Source: Microcystis aeruginosa NIES-843
Lineage (GTDB): Bacteria; Cyanobacteriota; Cyanobacteriia; Cyanobacteriales; Microcystaceae
NCBI RefSeq assembly: GCF_000010625.1
Contig: NC_010296.1
Coordinates: 4,590,001-4,622,000, forward strand
Direction: 5' to 3'
DNA: 32,000 bases
Both the position numbers and the translations under genes were made by a program. Position 1 is the stretch's first letter; each line of letters opens with the position of its first letter. The notes beneath the pieces were generated by a model, which was not told the origin of the DNA, made no database searches, and saw only the letters and a program-made list of their open reading frames with translations. Shown here one piece after another: positions 17,477-26,798 of the stretch.

Positions 17477-18649
17477 CTAGACCGGATTGGCAATCAGACA
17501 GTTAGATACCTCTTGACGCGCCCAATTATCGGCGGCTAAAATGTCATCTAGGCTAGGGGTAGAAGTGTTATGAATTGCAAAGCGATCGCAAACTTTTTCG
17601 ATCACCCGGGGAATATCTAAGAAACTAATCTTTTCTTCTAAAAATAATGCTACCGCTTGTTCATTGGCCGCGTTTAATACTGCTGGCATTGCCCCACCTG
17701 CGCGGCCGGCCGCATAAGCTAATCCCATACAGGGATATTTTTGATGATCGGGTTCTTTGAAAGTTAAACTGCCGGCTTTAACTAAATTTAAAGGTTCCCA
17801 ATCGGTATAAATTCTTTCGGGCCAAGACAAGGCATATAACAGGGGTAAACGCATATCGGGCCAGCCTAATTGGGCTAAAACTGAGGTATCCTGTAACTCA
17901 ATTAAAGAGTGAATAATACTTTGAGGATGAATAACAATATCGATCGCATTATAATCGACACCAAATAAATAATGAGCTTCGATAACTTCTAGACCTTTAT
18001 TCATTAAAGTAGCCGAATCGATGGTGATTTTTCTGCCCATAGACCAGTTAGGATGTTTGAGGGCATCAGCTACGGTTACTTGCGGCAATTTTTCCACGGG
18101 TAAATCCCGAAAAGCACCCCCAGAAGCGGTGAGAATAATCTTTTTTAATCCCCCAGTGGGAACTCCCTGTAAACATTGAAAAATAGCTGAATGTTCCGAG
18201 TCAGCAGGTAATAATTTAACTCGGTGTTTTTCCACTAAAGGCAGCACCACCGGACCGCCAGCAATCAGGGTTTCTTTATTAGCGAGGGCAATATCTTTAC
18301 CAGCAGTAATAGCGGCAATTGTCGGCAGCAATCCCGCACAACCGACAATTCCCGTGACGACGCTTTCGGAATCGCCATAACGGGCCACTTCGATTACTCC
18401 TTCCTTTCCTGCTAGGATAATCGGGGTATAGTCAAGGTCGGAAATTAGGCTTTTTAGGTCTTCTAGTTGACTTTCGTTATTAATCGCCACGATTTGCGGG
18501 CGAAATTGCCGAATTTGCTCCGATAGTAGTTGAATATTATTACCCGTGGCTAATCCTACCACTTGAAACTTATCGGGATGATCGGTGACAATATCGAGAG
18601 TTTGAGTGCCGATCGAGCCTGTAGAGCCTAAAATCGAGATTTTTTTCAT
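17477..18649 (-). CDS. dxr: 1-deoxy-D-xylulose 5-phosphate reductoisomerase
   Basis: 390 aa with the NADPH-binding N-terminus [21 protein letters not shown] and conserved ...LANKE...DSEHSAIFQ...HPNWSMG.... Confidence 0.97.
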   Translation of the reverse strand: MKKISILGSTGSIGTQTLDIVTDHPDKFQVVGLATGNNIQLLSEQIRQFRPQIVAINNESQLEDLKSLISDLDYTPIILAGKEGVIEVARYGDSESVVTGIVGCAGLLPTIAAITAGKDIALANKETLIAGGPVVLPLVEKHRVKLLPADSEHSAIFQCLQGVPTGGLKKIILTASGGAFRDLPVEKLPQVTVADALKHPNWSMGRKITIDSATLMNKGLEVIEAHYLFGVDYNAIDIVIHPQSIIHSLIELQDTSVLAQLGWPDMRLPLLYALSWPERIYTDWEPLNLVKAGSLTFKEPDHQKYPCMGLAYAAGRAGGAMPAVLNAANEQAVALFLEEKISFLDIPRVIEKVCDRFAIHNTSTPSLDDILAADNWARQEVSNCLIANPV

Positions 18650-18735
18650 TAGAAACTTAATATAATTTGGGGATTAGCTTTTAATATACGTTCTCTGGGG
18701 TCCCTCCGGCACGTCGGTGTAAATATTAGCTCTCT

Positions 18736-18903
18736 TGCAAAAATCAAAAATCTTCCGTTAGGTGAGGAGTAAGGAGTAAGGAGTCAGTAGTCAGGAGAAT
18801 TAAGAATGTGCATTAATCAATTAAATGCTCTATTTAGGGATTTTATGCAGTTTTATGTCTATTTTTGTCATTTTTGAACTCTCAAGAATTAATTATGCAA
18901 GAA
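18736..18903. repeat. Dispersed repeat, copy B (upstream of dxr), carrying an extra GGAGTAA heptamer expansion
   Basis: See copy A. It has the same orientation. Relative to copy A it contains an additional ggagtaaggagtaa at 18766-18779. Confidence 0.85.
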
Positions 18904-18979
18904 CTCTATTAAATATTTGTTAAAAAAGTTGCTAGTTTGACCTTTTTATGCTATCGGTCAGAAAAGGTCGGCGATAGAG

Positions 18980-19282
18980 ATGGTGACAGGGAAGAAATCG
19001 AATAGAAAGGCCAATGGATTAGGCTGTCTAGCGGGGGGCCTGGTTTTTTGCCTCTTATTTCCCCTGTGTTTTTTCGTTTTTGGTTGGTTATCCTTCGCTG
19101 TTGGGATGAGTTGTGCTTTCCCCAGTCAATGTTCGACAGAGGAGGAAATAATCAAGTTTATCCTATCAATGATTTCGTTTTTTGGGGGAGGATTCGCATT
19201 ACCTATATTCCTCAGTTGTGCCGTGGGAAAAGCCGTTAGATTTGGGTTAAGTCGGAGAAAAAATAACCGAACTTATGTTTAA
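18980..19282 (+). CDS. Hypothetical small membrane protein (two predicted TM helices)
   Basis: 100 aa ORF with a basic N-terminus, two hydrophobic stretches (CLAGGLVFCLLFPLCFFVFGWLSFAVG and FILSMISFFGGGFALPIFLSCAVG) and a basic C-terminus. I recognise no homology. Its 3' end overlaps the desC terminator hairpin, so it may be spurious. Confidence 0.35.
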   Translation: MVTGKKSNRKANGLGCLAGGLVFCLLFPLCFFVFGWLSFAVGMSCAFPSQCSTEEEIIKFILSMISFFGGGFALPIFLSCAVGKAVRFGLSRRKNNRTYV

Positions 19283-19287
19283 GTTCG
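19256..19287 (-). terminator. Rho-independent terminator for desC
   Basis: A 9-bp perfect stem CCGAACTTA (19266-19274) / TAAGTTCGG (19279-19287) with a 4-nt loop. On the - strand it is followed by TTATTTTTTCTCC. It lies 30 nt after the desC stop. Confidence 0.75.
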
Positions 19288-19316
19288 GCTAGATTTAATT
19301 TAACAACTGGATAAAA

Positions 19317-20150
19317 CTAACTTTCTGTCGCCGTTGCTGTGGTGGGAGGCAACTTAATATTAGTAGCTAATCCCAGAATTTGCAGCAGACGGATGGTCAT
19401 CCAAGTCAGGTCAACTTCCCACCATTGTAAGCCATGACGGGCAGAATACTGATAGGCATGGTGATTATTGTGCCAACCTTCACCAAAAGTTAAGAGGGCA
19501 ACCCACCAACAATTTTTAGAATTATCGTGGGATTCATGGCTAACATAACCAAATTTGTGGGTGGCGCTATTGACAAACCAAGTGGAGTGGAAAACTAAGA
19601 CCAAGCGAACAAAAATTCCCCAAATTACAAACGGCCAACCACCCATAGCATAGAGAATTAAGCCTAAAACAATTTGGATAGGAACAAAATAATTTTGACA
19701 GAATTTATAGAAAGGATCGTCGGCGATATCTTGGGTAAAACGAGCGATTTCTTCGTCGGCAGGAATTTCGTGCAGCATCCAACCCATGTGACTCCACCAA
19801 AAACCTTTATTAGAATCGTGGGGATCGGGAGCAGTATCAGAATATTTATGATGAATACGATGTAAACCTATCCATGCGATCGCACCCCCCTGACAAGCGA
19901 GGGTCCCGCAGAAAACCAGAAAGTATTCTAACCATTTGGGAGTCTTAAAACTCCGATGGGAGACCAAACGATGGAAACCGAGGGTAATTCCTAAACCCCC
20001 GGTAATCCAATAAAGAATCAATGTCACTCCCACAGCACCCCAGCTAAAATTGCTAGGTAAGAAGGCTAAAAGAGCCACTAAGTGGATAAAAGCCATGTAG
20101 ATGAGAGTCACCCAGTCAATGGGCAGTTTTTCGGAAGTCGCAACAGTCAT
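19317..20150 (-). CDS. desC: Acyl-lipid/acyl-CoA delta-9 fatty acid desaturase
   Basis: Three histidine boxes (HRLVSH, HRIHH, HNNHH) with TM segments. ATG at 20150 (MTVATSEKLP) is preferred over the TTG at 20162 used by the ORF track. Confidence 0.9.
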   Translation of the reverse strand: MTVATSEKLPIDWVTLIYMAFIHLVALLAFLPSNFSWGAVGVTLILYWITGGLGITLGFHRLVSHRSFKTPKWLEYFLVFCGTLACQGGAIAWIGLHRIHHKYSDTAPDPHDSNKGFWWSHMGWMLHEIPADEEIARFTQDIADDPFYKFCQNYFVPIQIVLGLILYAMGGWPFVIWGIFVRLVLVFHSTWFVNSATHKFGYVSHESHDNSKNCWWVALLTFGEGWHNNHHAYQYSARHGLQWWEVDLTWMTIRLLQILGLATNIKLPPTTATATES

Positions 20151-20269
20151 TGAATAACCCAAAGGGAAACAACAGGAGACAGAGCATCATCGTCTTATCT
20201 GTCTCGATTTGACACAGGGGGAACTTTGACGCTTAATGAATAGTAACAAATATCACAGTCTATTGTTTG

Positions 20270-21493
20270 ATGGATATCCCCCCTCTACTCCACAGGGCAG
20301 AAAAGGCCTTACTCCCCATCTTTTCGGAAATTGACGCACAGGTCAAGGAAAATCTCCGTCAAGTCCTCGGTGCTTTCCGTGAAAACCGCGTCGGAGTGCA
20401 TCATTTCGCCAGTGTTAGTGGTTATGGTCATGATGACTTGGGACGGGATACTTTAGATCAAGTGTTCGCCCAAGCCCTGGGGGCCGAAAAGGCGGCGGTG
20501 CGGGTACAATTTGTTTCAGGAACCCATGCGATCGCCTGTGCCTTGTATGGGGTTCTTCGACCGGGGGATGAGATGTTAGCGGTAGCCGGTGCGCCCTACG
20601 ATACCCTAGAGGAAGTAATTGGGATTAGGGGCAGTGGTCAAGGCTCTTTAAAGGATTTTGGCGTTAGTTATCGGCAATTAGAGCTAGATTCTACCGGTGC
20701 GATCGATTGGTTGGCTTTGGCAACAGCAGTGAAACCCCAAACCCGTTTAGTCCATATTCAAAGATCCTGCGGTTATTCCTGGCGATCGAGTTTGTCTATT
20801 GACGAAATCGAGAGAATTGTCCGTATAGTTAAACAACAAAACCCGAATACGGTCTGTTTTGTCGATAATTGCTATGGAGAATTTATCAACACCCAAGAAC
20901 CCACCAACGTGGGGGCAGATCTAATGGCCGGTTCTCTAATTAAAAATCCCGGAGGTACAATTGTCACGGCCGGGGGATACATAGCAGGTAAAGCGGAATT
21001 AGTGGAAATGGCCTGCTATCGTCTGACAGCACCGGGGATCGGTAGGGAGGGAGGGGCAACTTTTGACCAAAATCGTCTTCTTTATCAGGGATTGTTTCTA
21101 GCGCCGCAAATGGTGGGAGAAGCGATGAAAGGCAGTCATTTAATTGCCTATGTGGGCGATAAGTTGGGTTATCCGGTCAATCCGGCTCCTTTTGTGCCTC
21201 GACGCGATATTATTCAAGCGATTAAACTCGGTTCTCCCGATAAGCTGATTGCCTTCTGTAAAGCCATTCAAGCCTATTCTCCCATCGGTTCCTACTTGGA
21301 CCCCATTCCTGCCCAAATGCCGGGCTATGAGAGCCAAGTAGTGATGGCTGGTGGCACGTTTATCGATGGCAGCACCTCGGAATTCTCCGCCGATGGACCC
21401 CTACGGGAACCCTATATCGTTTTTTGTCAGGGGGGAACCCATTGGACCCATATTTCCCTAGCTTTAGAACAAGCGATCGCAGCTTTATCTTGA
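20270..21493 (+). CDS. PLP-dependent Cys/Met-metabolism family protein (YnbB / aluminium-resistance-protein family)
   Basis: About 407 aa. The sequence (…HHFASVSGYGHDDLGRDTLDQVFAQALGAEKAAVRVQFVSGTHAI…SLIKNPGG…) resembles the YnbB/Met-gamma-lyase-like family from memory. ATG at 20270 is preferred over TTG at 20267. Confidence 0.75.
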   Translation: MDIPPLLHRAEKALLPIFSEIDAQVKENLRQVLGAFRENRVGVHHFASVSGYGHDDLGRDTLDQVFAQALGAEKAAVRVQFVSGTHAIACALYGVLRPGDEMLAVAGAPYDTLEEVIGIRGSGQGSLKDFGVSYRQLELDSTGAIDWLALATAVKPQTRLVHIQRSCGYSWRSSLSIDEIERIVRIVKQQNPNTVCFVDNCYGEFINTQEPTNVGADLMAGSLIKNPGGTIVTAGGYIAGKAELVEMACYRLTAPGIGREGGATFDQNRLLYQGLFLAPQMVGEAMKGSHLIAYVGDKLGYPVNPAPFVPRRDIIQAIKLGSPDKLIAFCKAIQAYSPIGSYLDPIPAQMPGYESQVVMAGGTFIDGSTSEFSADGPLREPYIVFCQGGTHWTHISLALEQAIAALS

Positions 21494-21677
21494 ATGGTTC
21501 CTCTCACCTTCCTTCTCTCCCCTAGTTAAATTCCTAACTTCCTGTCTTTGTGGTTAACAAAAAGTAAAACGTAGTGGACTGTTTCAGCTAATTTGGTGTA
21601 TTAGAAAAATGCTATAAATTCTATAATCTAAGACTTTAAGCCGAAATCTATTGCCCTATTTTAGCTGTGTCAGTCCA

Positions 21678-21808
21678 GTAGGGTGCGTTAGACGGCCAAA
21701 ATTGCTGCTGTGACTGGAAGGTAACAATCCCTCGTAACGCACCACCTATCATCGACTGTGTTGTGTGATGGACTATGATTGAAGTAACGCACCACCTATC
21801 ATCAACTA
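21678..21808. repeat. MITE-like or dispersed repeat: a 20-bp perfect direct repeat plus an inverted partner
   Basis: GTAACGCACCACCTATCATC occurs at 21734-21753 and 21784-21803. GTAGGGTGCGTTA at 21678-21690 contains the complement (GGTGCGTTA) of TAACGCACC. Confidence 0.7.
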
Positions 21809-21939
21809 AGTAGCCAATTACAATTAAAGATAAAATACAAAGAACCAGAAGCTTGTCCCACTATCTAAAAATTAATTGAGATTACTTACTTATAATAACA
21901 GTGGTACGATAAAACCGATCAAATATCTAAGGAGTTGTC

Positions 21940-22755
21940 ATGAATTACAATCGCAATATAATACCATTAATGGCGGGGGGAATTTTAATATTAGCTTTTA
22001 CTACCATACTGCGCCCTTTTGCCGTTATTGATACTGGCGAACGCGGCGTTGTCATGTACTTTGGCAAAGTGCAAAAACAAATCCTCGATGAAGGAATTCA
22101 TCCCGTTATACCGATTGTCACCAAGATCAAGCCCATCAACGTTCGAGTCCAAACAACGGAAGTAAAGGCAAAAGGATCTTCCAAAGATTTGCAAGATGTG
22201 GAAACAACTATTATCGTTAACTGGCACATCGACCCCGACAAAGTCAATCAGATTTATCAACAAGTTGGGGATATAAATGAGATTGTCTCTGGTATTATCA
22301 ACCCAGCAGTATCGGAAATTGTCAAAGCGGCAACAGCACAACGTCCCGTACAAAATATCTTGCAAGAGCGAGGAGAACTCAAACGTGAAATTGACACTTC
22401 CCTCGCCCAAAGATTAAGACGTTATGGGATAACTATCAATGATGTATCTCTCGTTAATTTTGGTTTTTCCGAAGAGTTTAACGCGGCGATTGAAGCCAAA
22501 CAAGTAGCAGAACAAAAGGCAGAAGAAGCAGCTTTTCGCGCACAACAAGCAGCACAGGAAGCGAAAGCGGAAATCAACCGCGCGAAGGGACAGGCAGAAG
22601 CTCAAAAACTATTGCGCCAAAACCTAACAGCAGAAATTTTACAACAACGAGCAATCGAAAAGTGGGATGGACGTTTTCCTGTCGTCATGACTGGTTCAGG
22701 CTCCCTTCCCCTGATTAACATCGATTCCAATTTATTATCATCTCAAAAAGAGTAA
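21940..22755 (+). CDS. SPFH/Band-7 (prohibitin-like) membrane protein
   Basis: 271 aa with an N-terminal TM helix, a prohibitin-like core (…IDTGERGVVMYFGKVQ…, …DVSLVNFGFSEEFNAAIEAKQVAEQKAEEA…) and a coiled-coil tail. AAGGAG lies upstream of the ATG. Confidence 0.85.
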   Translation: MNYNRNIIPLMAGGILILAFTTILRPFAVIDTGERGVVMYFGKVQKQILDEGIHPVIPIVTKIKPINVRVQTTEVKAKGSSKDLQDVETTIIVNWHIDPDKVNQIYQQVGDINEIVSGIINPAVSEIVKAATAQRPVQNILQERGELKREIDTSLAQRLRRYGITINDVSLVNFGFSEEFNAAIEAKQVAEQKAEEAAFRAQQAAQEAKAEINRAKGQAEAQKLLRQNLTAEILQQRAIEKWDGRFPVVMTGSGSLPLINIDSNLLSSQKE

Positions 22756-23072
22756 ATAACTTTAGTTCGCGTTAAAGAGATTTTGCCATGACTTCCACGA
22801 AAGAATAAGTCCGACCGGCCACGGTAAAATTTCCCACAAGAACTGCTGGGGCCGCATCTTAACTTTGTAGAAATATCGACAATCGGGAATTATCAGTGAC
22901 TCTTAAATTATTCCCAATATATGAACAACCACAGGTGTGCATCGTAGATTGACAAAAATGAGATGCACTCAATGCTCGAACTTGTCTAACTCGATGCCAG
23001 ACGGGAAAATAAGCACAAATTTAACTATACTCATTACAATATAAATATCAACGACCACGATTAAAAACTCTT

Positions 23073-24335
23073 ATGCGGGTAACTCTAAAATCGGCCTTGA
23101 GTGACAGTCATATCGATGCTAATCAAAGCAGCAGTCAACGTCAACTGATGCTATCGATCGCCGCCACCAGTGAACAGATCAACACAAATTTACCGATTAA
23201 TCTTTGTTTAGTTCTCGATCATAGCGGTTCTATGCAGGGAAAACCCCTAGAAACGGTCAAAAAAGCGGCTTTAAGTTTAATAGAATCCCTCGGAGTTAAT
23301 GATCGTCTCTCGGTGATAGCTTTCGATCATCGCGCCAAAGTTATTCTTCCCTCCCAATCGCGAGAGGATGATCTGACCTTAATTCGCTCAAAAATTCAAC
23401 AATTACAAGCGGGAGGAGGTACGGCGATCGATGAAGGGATAAAATTAGGTATTCAAGAAAGTTCTACCGGCAGCAAAGGTTATGTGTCTCATATTTTTCT
23501 GCTTACCGATGGTGAAAATGAACACGGAAATAATCAACGCTGTTTAAAATTAGCCGAAGTGGCGGCCGAGTACGGTATCACCTTAAATACCTTCGGTTTT
23601 GGCGATCATTGGAATCAAGATATCCTAGAAAAAATTGCCGATATCGCCGGCGGAAGTTTATCTTATATCGAAAGACCCGAACAGGCTTTAATTGAATTTA
23701 CTCGTCTATTTAACCGTTTGCAATCTGTCCGGTTAACTAACGCTTTCCTGCAATTAGAATTAGATGCTCGGACTCATTTAGCGGAGTTAAAACCCATTGC
23801 CCAAGTTGCCCCAGAAACTATAGAAATGAGCATACAAAAAGAGGGCAATTTTTACATCACCCGTTTGGGTGATTTAATGATAGATGAAGAAAAAATTATC
23901 CTCCTCAATCTCTATATCGACCAAATTCCCCCCGGTACTCATACCATAGCTAAGGTGAAGATTCGCTACGATGATCCCGCTTCCGGTCAAAAAGGGCTAG
24001 AAACTGCGACTGTTAGCCTTAATATCGCCTCCCAAGCTATCTATCAATCCCAATTAAACGAGCAAGTTCAGAAATCGACTCTGACTTTAGCCAAATATCG
24101 TCAAACCCAAATCGCTGAAGAAAAATTAAAACAGGGCGATCGAGCAGCCGCCGCCACCATGCTACAAACCGCCGCCAAAACCGCCTTACAATTGGGAGAA
24201 AAAAACGCCGCCACTGTCCTCCAAACTAATGCCACCCGTTTACAGGTGGGAGAAGAATTGAGCGAGGGAGATTTAAAGAAAACCCGCATTATTGCTAAAA
24301 CAAGACTACAAACCGACGGAGAGACAGGAAAATGA
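23073..24335 (+). CDS. von Willebrand factor type A (vWA) domain protein with a helical C-terminal region
   Basis: 420 aa. A MIDAS motif DxSxS (VLDHSGSM) is followed by ...GGGTAIDEG... and ...FLLTDGENE.... The C-terminus contains an Ala/Gln-rich repeat (AAATMLQTAAKTALQLGEKNAATVLQTNATRLQ). Confidence 0.85.
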   Translation: MRVTLKSALSDSHIDANQSSSQRQLMLSIAATSEQINTNLPINLCLVLDHSGSMQGKPLETVKKAALSLIESLGVNDRLSVIAFDHRAKVILPSQSREDDLTLIRSKIQQLQAGGGTAIDEGIKLGIQESSTGSKGYVSHIFLLTDGENEHGNNQRCLKLAEVAAEYGITLNTFGFGDHWNQDILEKIADIAGGSLSYIERPEQALIEFTRLFNRLQSVRLTNAFLQLELDARTHLAELKPIAQVAPETIEMSIQKEGNFYITRLGDLMIDEEKIILLNLYIDQIPPGTHTIAKVKIRYDDPASGQKGLETATVSLNIASQAIYQSQLNEQVQKSTLTLAKYRQTQIAEEKLKQGDRAAAATMLQTAAKTALQLGEKNAATVLQTNATRLQVGEELSEGDLKKTRIIAKTRLQTDGETGK

Positions 24336-24392
24336 TTAAAATTCGCCCCTTGCCCCTAGGAATTTTTCTGGTGACAATGTTCGCTCTTCCCC

Positions 24393-24830
24393 TCAAACAA
24401 CAGTATTAACTCGCCGTCGGCGATCGAGCCATTGTTGTAAAATAATCGCCGCCGCTTCCCGATCGATCGCTCCCTTATCCCAAGAGGAAAACTGTTTTTT
24501 GGCTTTTAAGAATTCTTCCGCCTCTAGGGACGTGCAACGCTCATCAATGTATTCGAGGGGCAAATCTAAGGCGATCGCTAGTTTTTGGGCGTATTTTTGC
24601 ACCTGTTGGGCCTGAAATCCTAGTTCTCCGGCCATGGTATAGGGCAGTCCCGCCACCAAAATCTTAATATTTCTTTCCTTGACAATTGCCTCAAACTGTG
24701 GTATGTCGGCAACAAAGGAAGAACGGATAATCGTGGTTAAACCGGTGGCGATTAAACCAGTGCCGTCACATCCTGCCACTCCTACCCGTTTTTTGCCGAT
24801 ATCTAAGCCGAGGGCGGCGACTCTTTCCAT
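24393..24830 (-). CDS. ruvX: Putative pre-16S rRNA nuclease / Holliday-junction-resolvase-like protein YqgF
   Basis: The N-terminus is MERVAALGLDIGKKRVGVAGCD, with ...DERCTSLEAE.... The ATG at 24830 overlaps the stop of the upstream GNAT gene (TGATG). Confidence 0.9.
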   Translation of the reverse strand: MERVAALGLDIGKKRVGVAGCDGTGLIATGLTTIIRSSFVADIPQFEAIVKERNIKILVAGLPYTMAGELGFQAQQVQKYAQKLAIALDLPLEYIDERCTSLEAEEFLKAKKQFSSWDKGAIDREAAAIILQQWLDRRRRVNTVV

Positions 24831-26071
24831 CACACTGGATGCCCCTGATCGGGGGGTTCCGAGGGCGGTTTGACTGGGGGAAGTTCCCCCGGACTGTCGA
24901 GGGAGTCCAGGGGGGGATTATTGGGCCATTTTAACCAAGACATCCGACTAGGGATAGGAGTTCGCGGCACCGATTGTAAACCCTGCAGCATTTCTGCCAG
25001 GGCGGAATTTTCTGGCTTAGTTTCGCGGATTTTGTGCCATACCGAGCGCGACATCATCAGGGTGTGAGAACTGCGGATCGCTCCCAATTGTTCCAGATAT
25101 TCCCGTCTTTCGTGCTGATAATCGGCAGATATCAACTCTAGCGAGCGAGGGGGATACTTGCGAGTGATCTGGGCCATCTGGATTAATAACTTAGGATAGA
25201 GCCAAGTGTAGGCGGGATGGACAATTAATTTCGCTTGATGGGGTCGCTCATCCCGATTAGATAGAATTAATTCAAAATAACCGATCGCCGCTTTTCGTTG
25301 CGGTTCAAAAACGTAACCGCGACTAATTTGCGGACTGCCGCACCAACTTTGACAGCGATAGAGCAAACTATCAACTAAATTGATTTTAAAATCCTGGATA
25401 TGGCGATCAAATACCTGACGCAGTAGCGGCGGCATAGACACACAATCTAACTGATAGAGCAATTGAGCGTCAGCATTGCTCACAGGCAGTAAATTCGGTA
25501 AATCTGCCTCTTGTTTGCTCAATTCCTGTAATAATTGCGGCGGTAAAGACCAATAGGTTAATTCTGCCAAAGGCTGAAAACCGTGTTGCCGAAAAAGTGC
25601 CAAACTGTCCTTTTGATTGATATTAACCTCTAACACCCAGGTGCGCGCTTCCCAAACCGTTTCTAGACAATAACGCAGTAATTGCGCCCCGATGCCCTTG
25701 GGTTCGCTTAAAGACTCCCCTGGATGCACCCGCACCTGTTCCACCCGCCAAGTGCTGCGACTACTATTAAAAGGGGTGACTTGGATTGCCCCGCGAATTT
25801 TCCCTTCTTCTCCCCGATTGGCCATGGCCTCAGCCACATAGACATGAAAACGGTGTTGGAGAGGATTGGGAAAAAAACTGAGAATTTTAAATAACCCAAA
25901 CCAAGGCCGCACCTGCTGCACCTGGGTGCGGAAATTTTGGGCGCGACGATCAATATCCTCATCGAAGTCATCCAGGGTTAAAGCTTCAATGTCTTCCAAA
26001 TCCCGATACTGTACGGGACGGATTGGGCGATCGCTAAAATCGTCCCCTTGGGGAACAGGAGAAGTGGTCAT
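24830..26071 (-). CDS. GNAT-family N-acetyltransferase domain protein (413 aa)
   Basis: The central region (…AIQVTPFNSSRSTWRVEQVRVHPG…GIGAQLLRYCLETVWEARTWVLEVNINQKDSLALFRQHGFQPL) looks like a GNAT fold. The flanking regions are uncharacterised. It is co-oriented with and overlaps ruvX. Confidence 0.65.
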   Translation of the reverse strand: MTTSPVPQGDDFSDRPIRPVQYRDLEDIEALTLDDFDEDIDRRAQNFRTQVQQVRPWFGLFKILSFFPNPLQHRFHVYVAEAMANRGEEGKIRGAIQVTPFNSSRSTWRVEQVRVHPGESLSEPKGIGAQLLRYCLETVWEARTWVLEVNINQKDSLALFRQHGFQPLAELTYWSLPPQLLQELSKQEADLPNLLPVSNADAQLLYQLDCVSMPPLLRQVFDRHIQDFKINLVDSLLYRCQSWCGSPQISRGYVFEPQRKAAIGYFELILSNRDERPHQAKLIVHPAYTWLYPKLLIQMAQITRKYPPRSLELISADYQHERREYLEQLGAIRSSHTLMMSRSVWHKIRETKPENSALAEMLQGLQSVPRTPIPSRMSWLKWPNNPPLDSLDSPGELPPVKPPSEPPDQGHPV

Positions 26072-26283
26072 GGCTCTGGGGTAAATATCGTCTATGCACC
26101 TATCTTACCGTAGAATCTAGAGGCACTTCCCCACCAATAACAATTTCTGAGGGATCATAGGGGACCACCACAGAAAGAACACCTCGATCGGTAGCTGGGG
26201 TTTTTTGGGTCAAATTTCCGATTATGACAATTGGATGCTACAATAACGGACGGTTAATCAGTCCGAATTTGCAGTAAAAGTCT

Positions 26284-26790
26284 TTGAGTCAATCTGTAGA
26301 TACCACTAACACCCTAGACACTCTAGCTCAAGAACTAGCCGCCATTCAGCAGACCGGTTCTAAGCGCGTCGCTTTATTGGGTTCCCGTCACGTTCCCATC
26401 ACACACCAGCAATTGATCGAAATGATGGCCTATGCCCTCGTGCTGGCGGGCAATCGGATTATGACCTCCGGGGCGACGGGAACCAATTCCGCCGTCATTA
26501 AGGGGGCAATGCGGGCAGATCCTAATCTGTTAACCGTGATCTTACCCCAAAGTCTCGATCGCCAGCCCCTGGAATCCCAAGAACAACTCCAGCAGGTTAT
26601 CCATCTGGTGGAATGTCCCGAAAATGACCATCTATCCCTAGGGGAAGCCAGCAGCCTCTGTAATCGCGAGATTATCAATCGTTGTCAACAGTTAATCTGT
26701 TTTGCTTTCCACGACAGTCAGACCCTTTTGCAAACCTGCGCGGAAGCGGAAGATCAACGCAAGCTAGTTACCCTATTTTATTTTGACTAA
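26284..26790 (+). CDS. DprA/Smf-like (SLOG-type Rossmann) small protein
   Basis: 168 aa. The segment …KRVALLGSRHVPITHQQLIEMMAYALVLAGNRIMTSGATGTNSAVIKGAMRA…LLTVILPQSLDRQP follows the DprA Rossmann pattern (xxGSR…SGxAxGxDxxAHxGAL…xVL). Only a TTG start is available at 26284, so the start is uncertain. Confidence 0.6.
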   Translation: MSQSVDTTNTLDTLAQELAAIQQTGSKRVALLGSRHVPITHQQLIEMMAYALVLAGNRIMTSGATGTNSAVIKGAMRADPNLLTVILPQSLDRQPLESQEQLQQVIHLVECPENDHLSLGEASSLCNREIINRCQQLICFAFHDSQTLLQTCAEAEDQRKLVTLFYFD

Positions 26791-26798
26791 ATTCAGCG

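Noticed and set aside
22937-22968. The GTGCATC...GATGCAC hairpin containing a TTGACA hexamer upstream of the vWA gene
   Set aside because: It is only a 7-bp stem with an 18-nt loop and has no properly spaced -10 element, which is too weak to call a promoter or operator.
24101-26084. Short nested ORFs (24101-24289, 24679-24873, 24870-25067, 25708-25971, 25866-26084)
   Set aside because: They are antisense to, or out of frame within, the vWA, ruvX and GNAT genes. They show no independent signals.
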